Below are positions 10,213 through 19,091 of a stretch of DNA of 64,000 nt, piece by piece. Under the pieces are notes generated by a model. The model was given only the letters and a program-made list of their open reading frames with translations, was not told the origin of the DNA and did not search any database. The stretch is from Clostridia bacterium. GTDB lineage: Bacteria; Bacillota; Clostridia; Oscillospirales; CAG-272. Every line of letters starts with the position of its first letter. The first letter of the stretch is position 1. The stretch spans positions 4,533 to 68,532 of the forward strand of contig JAFUKI010000057.1 of the NCBI GenBank assembly GCA_017467815.1, written 5' to 3'. The position numbers and the translations under genes are program-made.

Positions 10213-10998
10213 TTAATGCGATCCCGCGAAAAAGTCTCCGAAGGCTGTCCAAATCGAGGAGAGCATGGAGCCGAATCCGCTCTCCGCATTTTCATCCGAT
10301 GTGTCTTCAACCAGTTCGATTCTTTCACCATCGGACAGTGAGATATATTTCTTCTGCACTGAATCTTCTTTCACCATGCCCAACCGGTCAGTGGCGATCT
10401 GTTCGATTACGCGGATATCATTTTTTTCTTCAATTCGCAGTTCCAGTTCAGCGGCTGTCGCCTGCAGTTTTCCCAGTTCATATTCCAGAGAACTGATATC
10501 GTCCGTTGTCTGATAGATCTGGGCGATGCTCAGAATGATCATCATGATCATCACAGTCACAAAGGAAAGCAGCAGCAGGAATGTCAAAGGGAAGCGTTTC
10601 TTCTCTACCAGAATTTCCTGTCTCTCCGGAACGGTGTTACTGAACATTTCCGCATTCCGAGTGGTCTTATCTTCTCTGACGGATCTCTGCTTTCTCGCGG
10701 CAGTACCGGCTGTTTTTCTTCCTGCGCCGGTCTGCTGATATCTGCTTGTCCGGGGTCTTTGGGTATATCCCTGACTCCGGTTTCCCGTATATCCGGATGC
10801 ACGCTTGCCGACGGATTCCGCAAAAGCCTGTTCGGAAACATTCACTTTGGGATTTCTGCCCATCTGCGCCCGTGTCATCAATTCTTCCGTGGAGGTTGCG
10901 CTGATCCCATGCAGGGATGCACCGCGGTTTCTGTATTCCCTGCGTAACTTTTCCGCAAGCTGGTTTCCGTTTTGTTCCGATGTACGGTGGTATGTCAT
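10213..10998 (-). CDS. FtsL/septum-formation-initiator-like protein with a long basic N-terminal tail
   Basis: 261 aa. ~135 aa of R/Q/G/T/S-rich tail, then a single TM helix (FPLTFLLLLSFVTVMIMMIILSI), then a coiled-coil segment (LEYELGKLQATAAELELRIEEKNDIRVIEQIATDRLGMVK). Sits in the canonical ftsL slot between rsmH and the PBP. AAAGGAG Shine-Dalgarno. Confidence 0.75.
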   Translation of the reverse strand: MTYHRTSEQNGNQLAEKLRREYRNRGASLHGISATSTEELMTRAQMGRNPKVNVSEQAFAESVGKRASGYTGNRSQGYTQRPRTSRYQQTGAGRKTAGTAARKQRSVREDKTTRNAEMFSNTVPERQEILVEKKRFPLTFLLLLSFVTVMIMMIILSIAQIYQTTDDISSLEYELGKLQATAAELELRIEEKNDIRVIEQIATDRLGMVKEDSVQKKYISLSDGERIELVEDTSDENAESGFGSMLSSIWTAFGDFFAGSH

Positions 10999-11025
10999 GG
11001 GCAGCTCCTTTCCGGCAGATTGGTC

Positions 11026-11976
11026 TTACTCGCCTAATTTTTCTGCGCAGCGTAATTTTGCACTGCGTGAACGGGGATTATATTCCATTTCCTCCTCTGA
11101 GGGAAGTATCGGTTTCTTGGATAACAATTTGATCTTCGGTTTTCCGCCGCATACGCATACGGGGAATTCCGGCGGACACGTGCATCCCGTTGCCAATTCA
11201 CGGAATGTTTCCTTCACGATCCGGTCTTCCAGTGAGTGGAAGGTGATTACCGCCAGCCGTCCGCCCGGATTCAGACGATACACGGCACTTCGTATGGAAG
11301 GTGCTATGGCATCCAGTTCTCCGTTCACTTCGATACGGATCGCCTGGAATGTACGGCGTGCGGGGTGCTGAGATTCTTTCTGTCTCGCCGCTGCCGGAAT
11401 CGCACCGGAAACAATGGCGGCAAGTTCTGTAGTGGAGATGATCGGTGCTTTTTCTCTTGCGGTCACAATGGCGTGGGCGATTCTGCCGGAGAACTTTTCT
11501 TCCCCATACAGCCAGAGGATACGTTTCAGTTCCTCTTCGCCGTAGCCGTTCACCACATCGGCGGCGCTCATCCCGGCGCTCTGGTCCATCCGCATATCCA
11601 GCGGTGCCTCTGCGGTATAGGAGAAACCCCGTTCCGCTTCGTCCAGCTGATGGGAGGACACACCCAGGTCCCACATGATCCCGTCGATCTTTTCCACGCC
11701 GATGCTGTCAAGGGCGCTGTCCAGATCACAGAAATTGGTTTTCACGATCGTCCAGCGGTCGTGATACGGTGTCAGTCTATTGGTACAGGCGGCAATGGCT
11801 TCATCATCCCTGTCCAGACTGATCAGACGGGATACACCGTCATCCGGCAGTCTTGAGGCGATCTCAAAAGAATGTCCGCCGCCCCCGGCAGTACAGTCCA
11901 CATAGACGCCGCCCCTCGCCGGAGCAAGTGCGTCCATACATTCGCCTGCCATAATCGGTATGTGATGAAACTCCAT
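11026..11976 (-). CDS. rsmH: 16S rRNA (cytosine1402-N4)-methyltransferase RsmH (MraW)
   Basis: 316 aa with VDCTAGGGGHS, DLGVSSHQLD and FHSLEDRIVK motifs. Follows mraZ. Confidence 0.97.
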   Translation of the reverse strand: MEFHHIPIMAGECMDALAPARGGVYVDCTAGGGGHSFEIASRLPDDGVSRLISLDRDDEAIAACTNRLTPYHDRWTIVKTNFCDLDSALDSIGVEKIDGIMWDLGVSSHQLDEAERGFSYTAEAPLDMRMDQSAGMSAADVVNGYGEEELKRILWLYGEEKFSGRIAHAIVTAREKAPIISTTELAAIVSGAIPAAARQKESQHPARRTFQAIRIEVNGELDAIAPSIRSAVYRLNPGGRLAVITFHSLEDRIVKETFRELATGCTCPPEFPVCVCGGKPKIKLLSKKPILPSEEEMEYNPRSRSAKLRCAEKLGE

Positions 11977-12010
11977 ATTGCCAAATCCTTTTCAGTGTTT
12001 TCACAGGGGA

Positions 12011-12430
12011 TTACAGTCCCAGCTCCTTCAGCATTTCCGCGAAATCTTCCGGCTGCTCATCGAGGCTTTCTTCAACCCATCTTTCTTCCGCCCAGATTTC
12101 AGCATAATTGCCGCATCCTACGGTGATGACATTTTTGATGACCCCCGCATATTCCAGCATATCCTGCGGCAGCAGTACTCTTCCCTGAGAGTCGGGCTGC
12201 AGCTCAATGGCGTTGGAATACAAATATCTGGTCAGTGCCTTACTTTGTGTTTTCGGCAGTGCGCTGAGCTTTGCCGTATATTTTTCCCATTCCTCTTTCG
12301 AGTACAGGCACAGGCAGTGATCGGTATCCTTGATCATGGTTATCACAGGTCCCAGCTGATCCTTGATCTTCGAAGGAATGATCAGTCTGTTTTTCGGATC
12401 GACTGCGTGTTTGAACTTGCCCATCAACAT
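12011..12430 (-). CDS. mraZ: Transcriptional regulator MraZ
   Basis: 139 aa. MLMGKFKHAVDPKNRLIIPSK and the second DSQGRVLLPQ repeat (two SpoVT/AbrB-like halves). GGAGG Shine-Dalgarno. First gene of the dcw cluster. Confidence 0.96.
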   Translation of the reverse strand: MLMGKFKHAVDPKNRLIIPSKIKDQLGPVITMIKDTDHCLCLYSKEEWEKYTAKLSALPKTQSKALTRYLYSNAIELQPDSQGRVLLPQDMLEYAGVIKNVITVGCGNYAEIWAEERWVEESLDEQPEDFAEMLKELGL

Positions 12431-12541
12431 GACTGTTTTCCTCCATTTCGTGGATTTTTTTGGGAAAGTACTCCACCTAATGGATATTATATAATATTTT
12501 ATCTTAAATTACAAGGGGTTTTGCAAAATATATCTGATTAT

Positions 12542-12570
12542 TTTATATATTCTTTTTCCTTTTTCGTCAA
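12542..12570 (-). promoter_or_regulatory. Candidate sigma-A promoter of the dcw cluster (TTGACG-17-TATAAA on the minus strand)
   Basis: Plus-strand CGTCAA at 12565-12570 and TTTATA at 12542-12547, with a 17-nt spacer. Lies about 110 nt upstream of the mraZ ATG. Confidence 0.4.
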
Positions 12571-12873
12571 TTTCCCGCGATTTACCACCATTTTCCATCC
12601 CATAATTCCGCTTTATCCATCCGCACCAGCCTTTTTCACCCAATTATTACCAATTTTCTCTTTCCCGGATATTCCCATAAACAGAGCGACATTTTTCGCG
12701 ATTGTTCTGCATTTTTAAACACTGTTTATTTACCATTTACTGGTTTTTGGGAAATCGCAAAACATCTTCCTGTTCAAATTTTATTCAATTATTTTTCATC
12801 TATATTTTACTTTTCAGAACCGAATTTTCCGCCCCACATCTCCTCTGCTGCCAACTTACATTTTCGCCAAATG

Positions 12874-12942
12874 TTGCAAAAACAACAAGAGAAACAGCCT
12901 CGGATACCACTTCCAATACCGTTTCTCTTGTTGTTTTTGCAA
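12874..12942 (-). terminator. 22-bp perfect inverted repeat (hairpin) immediately downstream of nfo
   Basis: TTGCAAAAACAACAAGAGAAAC (12874-12895) and its exact reverse complement (12921-12942) flank a 25-nt loop. There is no clean U-tract on either strand, so a terminator function is uncertain. Confidence 0.35.
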
Positions 12943-12953
12943 AATATTTCTGA

Positions 12954-13832
12954 CTATTTATCTTCGCGCCAGGATCGAAGAAGAGCAATTTCCCTGGCAT
13001 ATCCGTCCAGTTCGTTGGGAGTTTCCAGATAAAAGGGCAGGTGCCGCAGCTTCGGATGATTGATGATCCGGCGGATGGCATCCGGTCCTATGTAGCCTTC
13101 ACCGATCTTATCGTGACGGTCTTTACGGGTTCCGCAGGGATTTTTCGAATCGTTCAGGTGGATGGCGTGGAGTTTTTCTATGCCCACGACCCGGTCAAAT
13201 TCGTCGATGACCCCATCCGTATCCTTCTCCAGATTATAACCGCTGTCCTGAATATGGCAGGTATCCAGGCACACGCCCACATAATCCTGCAGATCCGGAT
13301 GGATCAGATCCAGCATCCGGCGCATTTCCTCAAAGTCACGACCCAATTCCGTACCTTTTCCCGCCATGGTTTCAATCAGAACCGTGGTTTTCATGCCCTT
13401 CCACAGAATGCGGTTCAGCATATCCGCCACCATCTGCATACCGGTTTCCGCTCCCTGTCCTACATGACAGCCGGGATGGAAATTATACAGCGCACCGGGA
13501 ATGGACTCCAAAAACTCCAGTTCCTTCTTCATGGAGTCCCCGGAATACTGCCGCACGCCCTCATCCGCAGAGCAAGGATTATAGGTATACGGTGCATGAG
13601 CCAGCGGGGGTGTCATGTGATTTTCAGCAATCAGTTTGCATAAAGCCTGCACGTCTTCCGGTTCCGGGGCTTTCGTACTGGATTTTCCCCGGGGATTTTT
13701 GGTAAAAAACTGAAATGTATTGCCGCCTATGGAAAGAATCCGTTTTCCCATTGCCTCATAGCCGCCCTCGGTGGACAAATGGCAGCCGATTTTGAATTCC
13801 CCGGCAGTTTCTGCAGGATGTCCTGTATTCAT
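12954..13832 (-). CDS. nfo: Deoxyribonuclease IV (AP endonuclease Nfo)
   Basis: Xylose-isomerase-like TIM barrel with Nfo motifs: IGCHLS, HAPYTYNPC, NFHPG, LIETMAGKGTELG, CLDTCHIQDSGY, HLNDSKNPCGTRKDRHDKIGEGYIG. The probable start is ATG 13832 (MNTGHP...). The track ORF extends to 13943 over the divergent promoter region. Confidence 0.92.
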   Translation of the reverse strand: MNTGHPAETAGEFKIGCHLSTEGGYEAMGKRILSIGGNTFQFFTKNPRGKSSTKAPEPEDVQALCKLIAENHMTPPLAHAPYTYNPCSADEGVRQYSGDSMKKELEFLESIPGALYNFHPGCHVGQGAETGMQMVADMLNRILWKGMKTTVLIETMAGKGTELGRDFEEMRRMLDLIHPDLQDYVGVCLDTCHIQDSGYNLEKDTDGVIDEFDRVVGIEKLHAIHLNDSKNPCGTRKDRHDKIGEGYIGPDAIRRIINHPKLRHLPFYLETPNELDGYAREIALLRSWREDK

Positions 13833-13977
13833 ATTTTCGTTTTGTTTCAAAATTCTTGTCCTTTCTTTCGGAATTGCTGTTATTTTTCCCGTTTGTGTAT
13901 ATACTATAAGGAAGAAAAAATCGAAATTTTCAATTCCGCACAATCCACAATACTATGGAACAACCTGGGAGATAAGT

Positions 13978-14856
13978 ATGAAGCAATCCCGTATTGTCCG
14001 TCTGAGCTATATTATCGCTTTTTTCCGCCGTATCAGCCGCACCTATACCGATGACAGGGTAAGCGTCTATGCGGCGCAGGCGTCTTTTTTTGTGGTCATA
14101 TCCGCCATGCCGCTGCTTTCCCTGATCACAACCGTTCTGAAATATATCGCCCCGGAGCAGCTGCCCGTGTTCCGGATTACGCTCCATGACGCCATACCGG
14201 AATTTATGATGCAGATTCTGTATCAGGCATTCCCTGGTGTCACGGAAAGCACGACCATTCCCCTGCTGTCCATTTCCGCCGTCATGATCCTGTGGAGTGC
14301 CGCCCGAGGCATCGGTGCCATCCGCGAGGGCGTACAGACAGTATACCATGTTTCCCGTACCGGCGGATACCTTCACAAAAAATTACTTTCCTTATTATAT
14401 ACGCTGTGTTTTATTATCCTGATCGTCGCTGTGATCACGATTCTGCTGTTCGGAGAATATCTGCTCTCGCTGCTTGACCATCTTCTTCCCGTGTCCCTCG
14501 ATTTTCTGGATACACTGCTGCAGTACCGGGTCCCTTTGTTTCTGCTGTTTCTCACCGTAGTATTCACCATGCTGTACTACACGGCAGCACGGCGCAGCAG
14601 TATAGTCACCCACAAAATCTTCCGCCATGTTCCCGGCGCGTTCTGCGCTTCCCTGGGATGGATTCTGTTTTCGCGGATCTACTCGCTGTATCTGGAGAGA
14701 ACCAATACCGCGTCCTTTTTATACGGCGGACTGGCGGCACTTTGTCTGAGTATGCTCTGGCTGTATGCCTGTATGCTGATTCTCCTTTCCGGTGCCGAGA
14801 TCAACAAACTGTTTTTCGCACTGCCGGATTCCCGGAGAACTGTCTGTCAGAAATAG
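13978..14856 (+). CDS. YihY/virulence factor BrkB family membrane protein
   Basis: ATG at 13978 (MKQSRIVRLSYIIAFFRRISRTYTDDRVSVYAAQASFFVVISAMPLL). ~6 TM helices. C-terminal LSGAEINKLF, typical of the family. Confidence 0.85.
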   Translation: MKQSRIVRLSYIIAFFRRISRTYTDDRVSVYAAQASFFVVISAMPLLSLITTVLKYIAPEQLPVFRITLHDAIPEFMMQILYQAFPGVTESTTIPLLSISAVMILWSAARGIGAIREGVQTVYHVSRTGGYLHKKLLSLLYTLCFIILIVAVITILLFGEYLLSLLDHLLPVSLDFLDTLLQYRVPLFLLFLTVVFTMLYYTAARRSSIVTHKIFRHVPGAFCASLGWILFSRIYSLYLERTNTASFLYGGLAALCLSMLWLYACMLILLSGAEINKLFFALPDSRRTVCQK

Positions 14857-14914
14857 AGGAATACAGGGCTGCCGCACCGATGTGAATGTCACAGAAATGC
14901 GGCAGCCCCTTATT

Positions 14915-16666
14915 TTACTGGTTTTTCGCTACAATATCAGCAATATACTGGTCATGCTGAGCTTTGGTTTCGGAGAAATAGGTGATGCTTCCGTCGGAGA
15001 CAAAGAAGTAGTACTTCGTCTGTGCCGGGCTGAGAGCCGCGAGGATGGCACTGGCACTGGGATTGGCAATGGGTCCCGGCGGCAGTCCTTTGTAGAGGTA
15101 GGTATTATACGGCGTCTCGTAACTCGTATTTATCGACTTGGGTCTTTCCCCGGTTTCATGATGGATCGCATAAGCAATGGTTGCATCACTTTCCAGACAG
15201 GGGAAATTGGCGGGACTTTTGAGACGGTTGTGGAAAACAGAGGAAACATTGAAGAATTCCGCTGCGCTCCCCGCTTCTTTTTCGATGAGGGAGGCCAGTG
15301 TGATAACCTCATCCACAGAATATCCCATAACCGCGCACTGTTCTCTGTATTCATCCGTAAACAGCTGATCAAACCGCTTCAGCAGTTTGTTCAGAACCGT
15401 CACTTCGCTGGAATTATTATAGAAATCGTAGGTATCCGGGAACAGATAGCCGTCCAGACGGTAGATACGGTCGTCGGAAATGCCCGCTGTTTCCAGTTCG
15501 TCCAGGAACCAATAGTCGAAATCGTAATTCTGAATAACATCTTCGTATCCCTCGCGGGTACCGATGCCGTAGGAAACCATCAGATCAATAATCTCATCGG
15601 TTGTATAGCCTTCGGGGATGGTAATCCGGGAAGTACCGCTCTTCGGCTGGGGTTTGAAGGCATCCATCAGATCCCCGTAATTGGTCATGGGCGATACCAG
15701 GAAGTCCCCTGCCACATACGGACCGTCCTCTTCCTTCAGTTTTCCGTACAGCCGGAAGATTTCAGGATAGGCGATGATCTTATTCTCGTACAATATATCC
15801 GTGATATCATCAAATGTGGCGTTTTCGGGGATCTTTACGTTCACAGCCACATCCGACTTCACAAAGGCAAATACATCATTCCCCACCAGAATAATCGCCA
15901 CAGCCAGGAAAACGGACACCACGACCACAAAGATCATGTAGATGACCGCTTTGACCACGCTGACGATGGTATTGCCGCCTTCTCCGCTGCCGGATTTTTC
16001 TCTGGGCAGGGAGGTATGGGATGCTTTCGGTGTTTTTTCTTTTTTTGCCTTCTCCACCTTACCGCTGTGGGTCAGCGCAGAGATATCCGTCACACGGGTT
16101 TTGCTCAGTTTTGCTTTTTCCGGTGCGCCGGCAGATTTCACCTTAGGTGCTGCAAGCTGAACCGGTTTACGGGGCATATCCACAGGGGATTCCCGTTTTA
16201 CAGCGGGAGTATTGTTCACGTTCTGCGCCGGTCTGACACGATTCTGCTGAACTGCGGAATTTCGGGGAACCTGGGTCTGTCGCTGCGTGTTCTGCCCGCC
16301 CGGTTCCTGTGTTCTGACACGGGGAGCCGCCGGCATGGTACCGGAATGTCCGACAGTGTTTCCGGACTGTACATTCTGTCCCTGCGGCATTCTTCCGACA
16401 TTTGACACCTGTCCCTCCGGACGATTCTGTATACCGGACGGTCTTGCAGCTGCAGGACGGCCATTTGCCTCTGCGGTTCTGTTGTATGCCCGGGGTTCAC
16501 CGTTTATGGGTCTGCGCTGTGCCGGCATTTCGGTTACTCTTCCGTCTGTGCGGTTTTCGCCTGCCGGATAGCGCTGTGTATTCTCTCTGACCGTACCGCG
16601 CATATCATTCTGTGCAGGCACGTCCGTTCTGCTTATCGGTCTGTTTTCGGATGCAGGCTGATTCAT
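14915..16666 (-). CDS. mltG: Endolytic murein transglycosylase MltG (YceG-like) with a ~230-aa low-complexity N-terminus
   Basis: The C-terminal YceG domain has LESDATIAYA and YNTYLYKGLPPGPIANPS. One TM helix (VIYMIFVVVVSVFLAVAIILV). The N-terminus is R/P/N/Q/G-rich. Confidence 0.9.
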   Translation of the reverse strand: MNQPASENRPISRTDVPAQNDMRGTVRENTQRYPAGENRTDGRVTEMPAQRRPINGEPRAYNRTAEANGRPAAARPSGIQNRPEGQVSNVGRMPQGQNVQSGNTVGHSGTMPAAPRVRTQEPGGQNTQRQTQVPRNSAVQQNRVRPAQNVNNTPAVKRESPVDMPRKPVQLAAPKVKSAGAPEKAKLSKTRVTDISALTHSGKVEKAKKEKTPKASHTSLPREKSGSGEGGNTIVSVVKAVIYMIFVVVVSVFLAVAIILVGNDVFAFVKSDVAVNVKIPENATFDDITDILYENKIIAYPEIFRLYGKLKEEDGPYVAGDFLVSPMTNYGDLMDAFKPQPKSGTSRITIPEGYTTDEIIDLMVSYGIGTREGYEDVIQNYDFDYWFLDELETAGISDDRIYRLDGYLFPDTYDFYNNSSEVTVLNKLLKRFDQLFTDEYREQCAVMGYSVDEVITLASLIEKEAGSAAEFFNVSSVFHNRLKSPANFPCLESDATIAYAIHHETGERPKSINTSYETPYNTYLYKGLPPGPIANPSASAILAALSPAQTKYYFFVSDGSITYFSETKAQHDQYIADIVAKNQ

Positions 16667-16840
16667 CCCTGCCCTTCTCTGCTGCAGACTCTGTTCGTTG
16701 GCACGATTGATCTGCTGACGCAGTGAATTTGCTGTAGGACGGGATACATCAAATTGCCTTGTATCGCTGAAGTTCTTTTCTTTTCCTGACTTTTCCGTAC
16801 AGTCCGCCTCCCTTCGGCTTATGCTATATGTAACATACGG

Positions 16841-17788
16841 TCATGCACCGGTTATAAACACCGTTATCAGTACAAACAATACCACCGCCACCAGAAACGC
16901 CGGCGAAAATATGGATTCCGCCAGAGCGTTGAAAAAGCCGCCTTTACGCTTCACCGCATAGGGGGATGGCATATTCTGTTTTGCATATCCGCTGTATATA
17001 TTCCCTGCTTCGAAACACAGCAGAACCGCTGCCAGCAGGGTGAAAAAGCTGACAATAATGATAAATAAGATCATGCTGATACTTTGCTTTTCCGCAATGT
17101 GCAGCACGTAGCTTTCCAAAAATAATACAAAAATATTGTTCAGTCCGTGTACCAGCACCGCCGCCGGCAGAGATCGTGTGGCATACACCACAACCGACAG
17201 AATCAGTCCGCTGAAGAAATACACGGGAAATCTGGAAAAACTGAAATGGGACATGGCAAATGTCAGTGCCGATACAAACACAGCCATGGACACACCCAGT
17301 CTCTCGTAGGAAGCCGCCATGATCCCTCTGAACAGGAATTCTTCCGTCACAGCAGGCAGGACGGCAAATGCCAGCACCAGATACAATCCGTCAAAGATAC
17401 CGGCGTTGCGGGCAAAGGCAGTGTAGGTATCCGCACTTCCCACCGCAAAACTTTCGGGGAATAAGGTATACATCCCCACACTGATCAGCGCACTTCCGCC
17501 GATCAGCAGAACCGCCGCATACAGCAGAAACAGACAATGGCTGAAGGACGGCAATTTCAGTCTCAGCCTGTCCCGGAATTCACTTCCGCGGATCCGGCAG
17601 TAGAATAAGGACGGCAATGCATAGACAAGCAGCTGCAGAACCACTGCCGCCAGATAGGGATTTTCCGCAAGGCCCAGCTGTTTTTCCCCCAACGAACCGG
17701 TTGACAGCAGCCAGCTTCCGCTCCCCAGCAGCAAAAATACGCAGACAAGGAGAATCGGCGCAAAAACTGTATCTTTACTTTTCACCAA
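16841..17788 (-). CDS. CPBP (CAAX) family intramembrane glutamic endopeptidase
   Basis: Polytopic protein with the family motifs EEFLFRG, FAMSHF and HGLNN. Confidence 0.85.
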   Translation of the reverse strand: MVKSKDTVFAPILLVCVFLLLGSGSWLLSTGSLGEKQLGLAENPYLAAVVLQLLVYALPSLFYCRIRGSEFRDRLRLKLPSFSHCLFLLYAAVLLIGGSALISVGMYTLFPESFAVGSADTYTAFARNAGIFDGLYLVLAFAVLPAVTEEFLFRGIMAASYERLGVSMAVFVSALTFAMSHFSFSRFPVYFFSGLILSVVVYATRSLPAAVLVHGLNNIFVLFLESYVLHIAEKQSISMILFIIIVSFFTLLAAVLLCFEAGNIYSGYAKQNMPSPYAVKRKGGFFNALAESIFSPAFLVAVVLFVLITVFITGA

Positions 17789-17814
17789 AATCCCTCCGTT
17801 CCCCCGGCTGACGC

Positions 17815-18405
17815 TTATTTTTTCGTATTTTTTGTGACTTTTACGCCTTTTTCGGTCAGCAGAATATCCACTGACATATCAAATCTTCCTCTCGGCACTT
17901 CGGGCAGAATATAATCCGAGTATACCACACCAATGGTGCATCCCGAAAAACCGGACAGATATCTGTCATAAAATCCCTTGCCGTATCCCAGACGGTACCC
18001 CGCTTTATCGTATACCAGTCCCGGCACAAAGCACACCGCACTGCCCGTTTCTGCGGCACAGTTGTAGATCGGTGCATCGGCAGAAGGCTCCAGAATGCCG
18101 TAGGAATCCACAGCAAGCTCATCCAGAGAATTGACCTGATGATAGGTCATGGTGTGGGTCTTCTTGTCGCAGCGGGGGAAAAGTACCTTCTTACCCTTTT
18201 CCAATGCCAGTCTGGCAATGGGACCAATGTCGATCTCTCCCTCAGTGGCGGCGTACAGCAATACAAATTCCGCATACCGGAAGCTGACAAGACCCTCCGC
18301 GACCCGACAGATCGCCTCATCACGGCGATGCCGTTCTTCTATAGACATTTCCCTGCGGCGCTGTTTGTATTCTTCTCTAATATCATCTTTCAGTTTTTTA
18401 ATCAT
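17815..18405 (-). CDS. 5-formyltetrahydrofolate cyclo-ligase
   Basis: 196 aa. EIDIGPI..., VPGLVYDKAGYRLGYGKGFYDRYL, typical of the MTHFS family. Its start overlaps the DJ-1 gene stop by 4 nt. Confidence 0.88.
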   Translation of the reverse strand: MIKKLKDDIREEYKQRRREMSIEERHRRDEAICRVAEGLVSFRYAEFVLLYAATEGEIDIGPIARLALEKGKKVLFPRCDKKTHTMTYHQVNSLDELAVDSYGILEPSADAPIYNCAAETGSAVCFVPGLVYDKAGYRLGYGKGFYDRYLSGFSGCTIGVVYSDYILPEVPRGRFDMSVDILLTEKGVKVTKNTKK

Positions 18406-18965
18406 ACTCTGTCGGCGAGGATGGCACCAAGCATGGCTTTTTCCTCGTCTTCTCCTTTCATCAACCGCACAAGAGCACCGCCGAATTTCACAGCCGCGCC
18501 CATTCCGCAGGCAGTTATCATATTTCCATCCACTTCCACAGCGGATTCCGTTACAACAGCGCCCTTCAGTTCCTTTTCAAATCCGGGATAGCATACAGCA
18601 CGCTTGCCCGCAAGGAGTCCCCGTCTGCCAAGAACCATGGGGGCTGCACAGATTGCCGCTGTATAGAGTCCCTTATCCGCCGCATACCGGAGATATTTGT
18701 CCACCAGTGCGCTTTCGTCCAGATTTTTGGATCCGGGCATACCGCCGGGCAGAATCACCATTTCCAGTTCTGCCGGAATCTCGTCCGCTTCCGCGGCTGT
18801 CAGATCCGCCGTAACGGGAATCTTATGGGAACCCATTACCACTCTGTCTTCTCTGTCCGGATAAATGCAGACCGTCTTTACGTCTGCACCTGCACGACGC
18901 AGCATATCCACCGGTGTCAAAGCTTCAATCTCCTCAAAACCGTCCGCTAAAAAAACGTAAATCAT
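18402..18965 (-). CDS. DJ-1/PfpI family protein
   Basis: 187 aa. Nucleophile elbow AAICAAP and the LPGGMPG motif. Confidence 0.88.
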   Translation of the reverse strand: MIYVFLADGFEEIEALTPVDMLRRAGADVKTVCIYPDREDRVVMGSHKIPVTADLTAAEADEIPAELEMVILPGGMPGSKNLDESALVDKYLRYAADKGLYTAAICAAPMVLGRRGLLAGKRAVCYPGFEKELKGAVVTESAVEVDGNMITACGMGAAVKFGGALVRLMKGEDEEKAMLGAILADRV

Positions 18966-19091
18966 AGCATTCCGTACCGCACAGACAGGCGGCGTTCCTC
19001 CTTATCGTATATCACATATATTCATTATATCATTGTTGCCGGAAAAAGCGGTTAACAATCCATAAATTTTCTGTTTTTTTCCTGCAAATAC

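Noticed and set aside
12702-13081. Two opposing small ORFs (12702..12953 + and 12800..13081 -) with mirror-like peptide segments (AKTTRET...SLVVFA).
   Set aside because: This is an artefact of translating both arms of the 22-bp perfect palindrome at 12874-12942. The second ORF also overlaps the 3' end of nfo.
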